Shown here: one piece after another, positions 59,764-64,000 of the stretch
Layout: each line of letters begins with the position of its first letter
How positions within the stretch are numbered: position 1 is the first letter of the stretch
Assembly (NCBI GenBank): GCA_037190965.1
Contig: JBBCKI010000030.1
Coordinates: 74,884 to 138,883, forward strand
DNA: 64,000 nucleotides
Direction of reading: 5' to 3'
DNA from: Chthoniobacteraceae bacterium
GTDB taxonomy: Bacteria > Verrucomicrobiota > Verrucomicrobiia > Chthoniobacterales > Chthoniobacteraceae
Position numbers and translations under genes: made by a program
Notes under the pieces: generated by a model
Database searches by the model: none
What the model was told of the DNA's origin: nothing
The model's input: the letters and a program-made list of their open reading frames with translations, nothing else

Positions 59764-59809
59764 CAAGAGTTGACCTCGTAGCTCGACAAGAGTTGCCCCC
59801 GTAGCTCGA
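59764..59809. repeat. 23-bp tandem direct repeat at the edge of the AT-richer operon
   Basis: CAAGAGTTGACCTCGTAGCTCGA followed by CAAGAGTTGCCCCCGTAGCTCGA (2 mismatches), next to the stop codon at 59811. Confidence 0.85.
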
Positions 59810-59810
59810 A

Positions 59811-60671
59811 TTAATTTTGGGGATTTCCCTCTTCTGGAAATCTTGATTTCAATAATAAAGGTTTCCCAACGATGAACCTTTCAGGGTACTTAATTCCCCT
59901 AGGGTCTGCAGCTGTTTCTCGTAACCCAGACTGAGGCTTTAGGAGTCCTTCTATATCCGCCCACTCAACAATTCCTCCAGTTGGAATATTCTTTTCATAG
60001 GCACATTGCTCGACTGCGGTATTTATAATGGCTAGTTCTTTCGTTAAAAATTCCATTTTTTCAGTTCCGCTCAATCGGGAAAATTCTTCACTCGTTAAAC
60101 TAGTGTAGCTATCTTTACTGGATGCATCTTTCATAGTGGAGTTGGTGCCTGATGATTCTTCTATCTTAAACTTAAACATGGCGATATGCGGCTCTAGTTT
60201 CCGTGCAATTTTTTCGAGGTCGTCAAACTTTATGAGAATCGAAGAGGCGTAGATTACTGCGCTTCCCTTTCGATACATAATCCAGCCTCCCTGTGAAACT
60301 CCTGGTTCCTTGCTGTAGTCAAAGTAAAGCGTTTCATCGCCAATGAAATTTTTAACCGGCGTCATGATGCCACTGCTTAAAATGCCTTTGCTGCTTAAGT
60401 AATTGCTAGCTAAATCATTTGATGAGAATAAACTTACCGAGATTCGCAAAGTTCCTTTGCGTCCTTTTTCAGCAAATGTTAACATTGCTGTATTTCCGGA
60501 TATGCTTAATGGTGAGGGGGTTAAAGAGGAGATCGAAGGATGTTTGATGGTTTCAATTATAGTGCTTCGGATCTTGGAGGGGGCGATATCCGGGGTTTCG
60601 GTACTATAGGTCTTAGCGGTCACTCCCCAGAAAAAGAGAGCCCAGATCATATATTGAATTAGTTTATTCAT
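59811..60671 (-). CDS. Hypothetical exported protein with a C-terminal pilin-head-like segment
   Basis: Signal-like N-terminus; AT-rich; C-terminal LAIINTAVEQCAYEKNIPTGGIVEWADIEGLLK...DPRGIKY. Confidence 0.7.
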   Translation of the reverse strand: MNKLIQYMIWALFFWGVTAKTYSTETPDIAPSKIRSTIIETIKHPSISSLTPSPLSISGNTAMLTFAEKGRKGTLRISVSLFSSNDLASNYLSSKGILSSGIMTPVKNFIGDETLYFDYSKEPGVSQGGWIMYRKGSAVIYASSILIKFDDLEKIARKLEPHIAMFKFKIEESSGTNSTMKDASSKDSYTSLTSEEFSRLSGTEKMEFLTKELAIINTAVEQCAYEKNIPTGGIVEWADIEGLLKPQSGLRETAADPRGIKYPERFIVGKPLLLKSRFPEEGNPQN

Positions 60672-60679
60672 CGCGTGTA

Positions 60680-62305
60680 TTAATGACCGCAGATCATTGG
60701 GTGGAGGAGTCGAGTTGATGGAATGTTATCGCTTTCTTGCCAAGATACTCCCGGAACACACTCAAGAACCGTTGGCCATCCAGCCATACCATATGACGGA
60801 TCATTGGGGAATCCATCTAAAAAATAAAGCGCGTGATAGGCAAAATGAGGGCTATATGGGCGATCTATTTGCATTGTTACGTTGTTGCTTAGATTGCTGG
60901 ATTGGCGATATCCAATCATTTGCCCCGGCAGACCACACCAGGCTACCTTTTTGCTGCCGGGGGTTGCTCTGACAGAGCGATATAATAAGTCTAATACTGC
61001 CACAAACTCATCGCAGTTGGCAATAACATCGTCATAAGCGGCAAGTGGGTCGTTTATATGTTCGGGTATTTTGCTGGAGGAGTATAGAAGATCTTGCCGG
61101 ATTTTATCGTTTAGCGATGCGAGAATTAAGTTTGAACCATCGATATATTTGGTTGCATTTTCTAAGGCGAAGTCGAAAAGTGGTGATGCTGATGGCGTTG
61201 CTGCTGTTGAGTAAAAGGTAATGGGCCCTGTTGAATTCAACGCTGTATAGGTCGATCCATCAAGGGAAATTTCCCAATCCAGCGTAATGTTCTCCATTTT
61301 TACAGAATTGGGAACTAAATTCGAGAGTGACAATCCCGTTACATTGGCCTCCGATCCTGCTAGGTTGGCGCTGGAGCTACCAAGTACAGTTCCTCCCTTT
61401 TTCGCGCGTATCGTGGCGTTGATTGATGTTCCTGCAGGAAGTGTCGGGGTTACCTTCAGTTTAGCGAAAGCCGTCGCTGCCGAACCTTTCGTATAGGCCA
61501 CGGGAAGATCAGGAGAACCAGTTTTCTTCCAAACAGGAGAAGAATCGGATGGATCAATAGCCGATTTGTCGGACCATTTTGTTATTTTATGATCGCCAGA
61601 GAATCCTAACTCCTCAAGCTCTACCTTCAAAACATAGACGCTTGCCGAGCGCTCCCCAGTGCTGAAGCCTGAAATAGATGCGTCCACCTCTTTTTTGGAA
61701 GCTGCTCCTCGGCTAACGGTTGCCTGCGTTTTGTCATTTTCATCTACAGTGGCTCCAGTCCAAGTTAGCATGTCGGTGACGGCTTGGTCGTTTGGCAAGG
61801 CTGTGGCCTTGAGCTTTACATTCCCCCCGCCCTCTGCTGTAACAATGATGTCCGTCTCATTGTCTTCCCCCATGTAGTGGGAACCGCTGTCGGAAGGATC
61901 TACGGAGATTTTTGTTACGGCAGGAACTATGATGCGATAGTCTACTGTTTTCCCGCTTACACAGGTTACGGTTGACCCGCTGACCTGGGTTGAATGACTA
62001 ATCGTCAGTGTGCATTGAGCTTCAACACCCGATTGTTGAATCGTAATCGTTGCCAAAGGCCCTCCGTTGCTCGGTTCCCCTATGGGGGAACTCAAACTCA
62101 CCGAGGCTGTTACCGTATCCTCAGGAGCCCCGGTGACACGTGCTTCAAAGGTCACCCTCTTACCTGATTCAACGAGAATCGTGTTGTCTGGACCAAAAGG
62201 TTGTGGAGTTACGATAATATCACCCCCAAGAACTAGATTGTTTGCAGCCAATAAAATGCTTGCAACTAATGTTATTTTCGTAAGAGCGAAAGCGGTGACT
62301 CTCAT
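60680..62305 (-). CDS. Secreted beta-sandwich-rich protein with C-terminal transglutaminase/papain-like domain
   Basis: Signal peptide; Ser/Thr/Val-rich Ig-like segments; ANCDEFVAVL...FAYHAL...NDPSYG as putative Cys-His-Asp triad. Confidence 0.7.
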   Translation of the reverse strand: MRVTAFALTKITLVASILLAANNLVLGGDIIVTPQPFGPDNTILVESGKRVTFEARVTGAPEDTVTASVSLSSPIGEPSNGGPLATITIQQSGVEAQCTLTISHSTQVSGSTVTCVSGKTVDYRIIVPAVTKISVDPSDSGSHYMGEDNETDIIVTAEGGGNVKLKATALPNDQAVTDMLTWTGATVDENDKTQATVSRGAASKKEVDASISGFSTGERSASVYVLKVELEELGFSGDHKITKWSDKSAIDPSDSSPVWKKTGSPDLPVAYTKGSAATAFAKLKVTPTLPAGTSINATIRAKKGGTVLGSSSANLAGSEANVTGLSLSNLVPNSVKMENITLDWEISLDGSTYTALNSTGPITFYSTAATPSASPLFDFALENATKYIDGSNLILASLNDKIRQDLLYSSSKIPEHINDPLAAYDDVIANCDEFVAVLDLLYRSVRATPGSKKVAWCGLPGQMIGYRQSSNLSNNVTMQIDRPYSPHFAYHALYFLDGFPNDPSYGMAGWPTVLECVPGVSWQESDNIPSTRLLHPMICGH

Positions 62306-63918
62306 TTGTGTGGATTTTCCCTTCCTGGTCGATTTTCTTGATTTGGTGATGCGATACTTAGCATCGATAACTCAAATTGTTTCTCGGTCTCGCGGTAGGT
62401 TCTGATGAGGAGTTCCAAAAGCTTGTTTTCCTCTGGGTATTCCTGAAGTAATTTGGTGAACTGCGCAGCCTTTTGATACCCGTTGAACGAAATATTTTTC
62501 TCGATGGCGTGGGTGCGAATGTTAAACTGCTGTTGTCGATTCGACATCTGAGGAAGAAGGTTGAGGGCCTTCTCGTGATCACCGACTTTGTGGATGTAAA
62601 AGAAGCCTAATATTTGCAATGCATTTCCTTTGGCTTTCTCAGTGGTGGCCTTGGCGACGGCTTCAAGGAGAGCGGCTTCCTTTGTTGCCAAAGCTTCCAA
62701 GATATTCTTGTCGGTTGGACGAGCGATTGTCCTGCCTAGAAATTTGCCATCTTTCCCGAAACTATAGGTAGTCGTAAATCCGTCTTCATCTATTTCACGA
62801 ACAAGTCTTCCAATTTCGTCGAAAGATGCCTTGTAAACGGTTTTTTCACTCTGCTCTGTTTTCCGAATAATTTTCTGGACTTTGCTGTATGCCGGACCAG
62901 GTTCATGGATGGTGTAGGTGATGGTCTCTGCTCCTGCGCCATCCAGCTTGGTATAGATGCCGAGAGGGGCATCTACCGCCATGCCTTCTTTTTTGCCATC
63001 TGAATTGACTCGATATACGGCGGGGAGAGCGGAGGGCTCGTTCATCTTGCCAACGACTTCGTACTTCCAGTCTCCTTCCGTGAGAAGTCGGCCGGTAGCG
63101 GCATCCCAGGTGTATAACGTTTCGATTTTCTCGCGATCCGTGAATACGAGTCTTGGCGTCGCGTCTTCGGTTGTGTTGAACTCAAATTTCTCGGTTTCCC
63201 CGTTCGGCCAATTCCATGAGCCCAGACTTTCTCCGAATCCTTCAATCACTTTTTGCCCGAGGACCACACCGATTTGTGGTCGCTTGTCGAACGTGACCGT
63301 ATGTTGGCGCAAGTTGGCTACGAATAAGACTTCTTTTGGGCGCACCTCCACTTTCAGGAGCGGTTTCACGCCCTCATGAATGGCCATTGCCTTGGCTCCA
63401 TTGGAAATCCATTTGAGCTTGCGCCCGGTGTCAGTCGTTAAGGAGGTAAGTCGCCCATTGTTATACTTGAGCTCCCATCCGTCATCCCTGGATATCGTAA
63501 TATCCGCGCCTGTTAAAATGCCCGTCCATTGTTGGTCGAGGGTTCGGAATTTATTCCTTTCTTTGGGATCCCTGCGTAGATAGAGCGTCTTTCCGCAAAG
63601 AAGGTTCGCCTTCATGATCGTCGGGCGCGTAAGGAGAGCGTGAGACTCCATGAGCGGGCACCAGAAGCCTTCTCCCAGAACGCCTCGGACTCCTTTTTCG
63701 CTGGTGAACTTGAAACGGAGCGGTAGCTTTAGACCGTCTCCAAGGTCGATCTTGTCCACTTCACTCCAGATCTCAAGATAGCCGCGAAAGCTGGCTGCGC
63801 CGACTCCATTGGAGGGCGCAGATAGATCGACGGGGCGAGCGCAAGCGGTCCGCGTAATTAGGACCGGAACTCCAACGGCCAAGAGCGCCAGAATCCTGAA
63901 AGCAGCCTTAATGTCCAC
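62302..63918 (-). CDS. Secreted YD/RHS-repeat-like protein with helical (TPR-like) C-terminus
   Basis: Signal peptide; RHS N-terminal-like LPLRFKFTS...GVLGEGFW; YD-like units YNNGRLTSLTTDTG, YTWDAATGRLL, FDEIGRLVREIDEDGFTTTYSF; no PxxxxDPxG motif. Confidence 0.72.
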   Translation of the reverse strand: MDIKAAFRILALLAVGVPVLITRTACARPVDLSAPSNGVGAASFRGYLEIWSEVDKIDLGDGLKLPLRFKFTSEKGVRGVLGEGFWCPLMESHALLTRPTIMKANLLCGKTLYLRRDPKERNKFRTLDQQWTGILTGADITISRDDGWELKYNNGRLTSLTTDTGRKLKWISNGAKAMAIHEGVKPLLKVEVRPKEVLFVANLRQHTVTFDKRPQIGVVLGQKVIEGFGESLGSWNWPNGETEKFEFNTTEDATPRLVFTDREKIETLYTWDAATGRLLTEGDWKYEVVGKMNEPSALPAVYRVNSDGKKEGMAVDAPLGIYTKLDGAGAETITYTIHEPGPAYSKVQKIIRKTEQSEKTVYKASFDEIGRLVREIDEDGFTTTYSFGKDGKFLGRTIARPTDKNILEALATKEAALLEAVAKATTEKAKGNALQILGFFYIHKVGDHEKALNLLPQMSNRQQQFNIRTHAIEKNISFNGYQKAAQFTKLLQEYPEENKLLELLIRTYRETEKQFELSMLSIASPNQENRPGRENPHK

Positions 63919-63924
63919 CTGTGA

Positions 63925-63999
63925 TTATTCGAAGCGGGTGTTCTCTTCCGGTTCCACACTTGGATCACATGCCGCTTTGGCTGAGCCGTTAAAGAAGAA
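63925..63999 (-). CDS. Possible 3' end of an upstream gene of the same operon (partial)
   Basis: Open frame from the window edge, FFFNGSAKAACDPSVEPEENTRFE*, stopping 6 nt before the GTG at 63918. Confidence 0.45.
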   Translation of the reverse strand, partial: FFFNGSAKAACDPSVEPEENTRFE

Positions 64000-64000
64000 G

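Noticed and set aside
59764..59809. CRISPR array
   Set aside because: Only two adjacent 23-bp units with no spacer, and no cas genes. The REP families are dispersed rather than regularly spaced.

Overview
GC-rich bacterial chromosome segment. Gene content and style suggest Verrucomicrobiota, possibly Chthoniobacterales/Spartobacteria-like; this is inference, not a database result. Most of the window is housekeeping and envelope genes: purH-pdxJ-acpS, gspF/gspG, gabD, two tandem porin-like paralogs, aroD, a WcaJ-like sugar transferase, tRNA-fMet, rluB, rex-ogg-comB, tonB-exbBD-def, msrA, a CBS-PPase, lpxD-skp-bamA, mqnC, pyrD, glmS/glgC, lptF/G, dinG, argG and tolQRAB-pal. The less ordinary features are: (i) an AT-richer operon at the right edge (59.8-64 kb, continuing beyond the window) encoding a secreted short YD/RHS-like protein with no toxin tip, a secreted beta-rich protein ending in a transglutaminase/papain-like Cys-His-Asp domain, and a secreted protein with a pilin-head-like C-terminus; (ii) a divergent sigma70 factor translationally coupled to a membrane Zn-peptidase, followed by a TerC-CBS-PTS EIIA fusion; (iii) a GTAG-type REP/REPIN family, a second 9-nt-periodic hairpin family, and a CTAG-flanked MITE; (iv) a decayed attC-like integron-cassette relic at 3.4-4.4 kb; (v) a candidate sRNA or attenuator at 14.57-14.64 kb. 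All protein calls come from motif recognition by eye; no searches were run.
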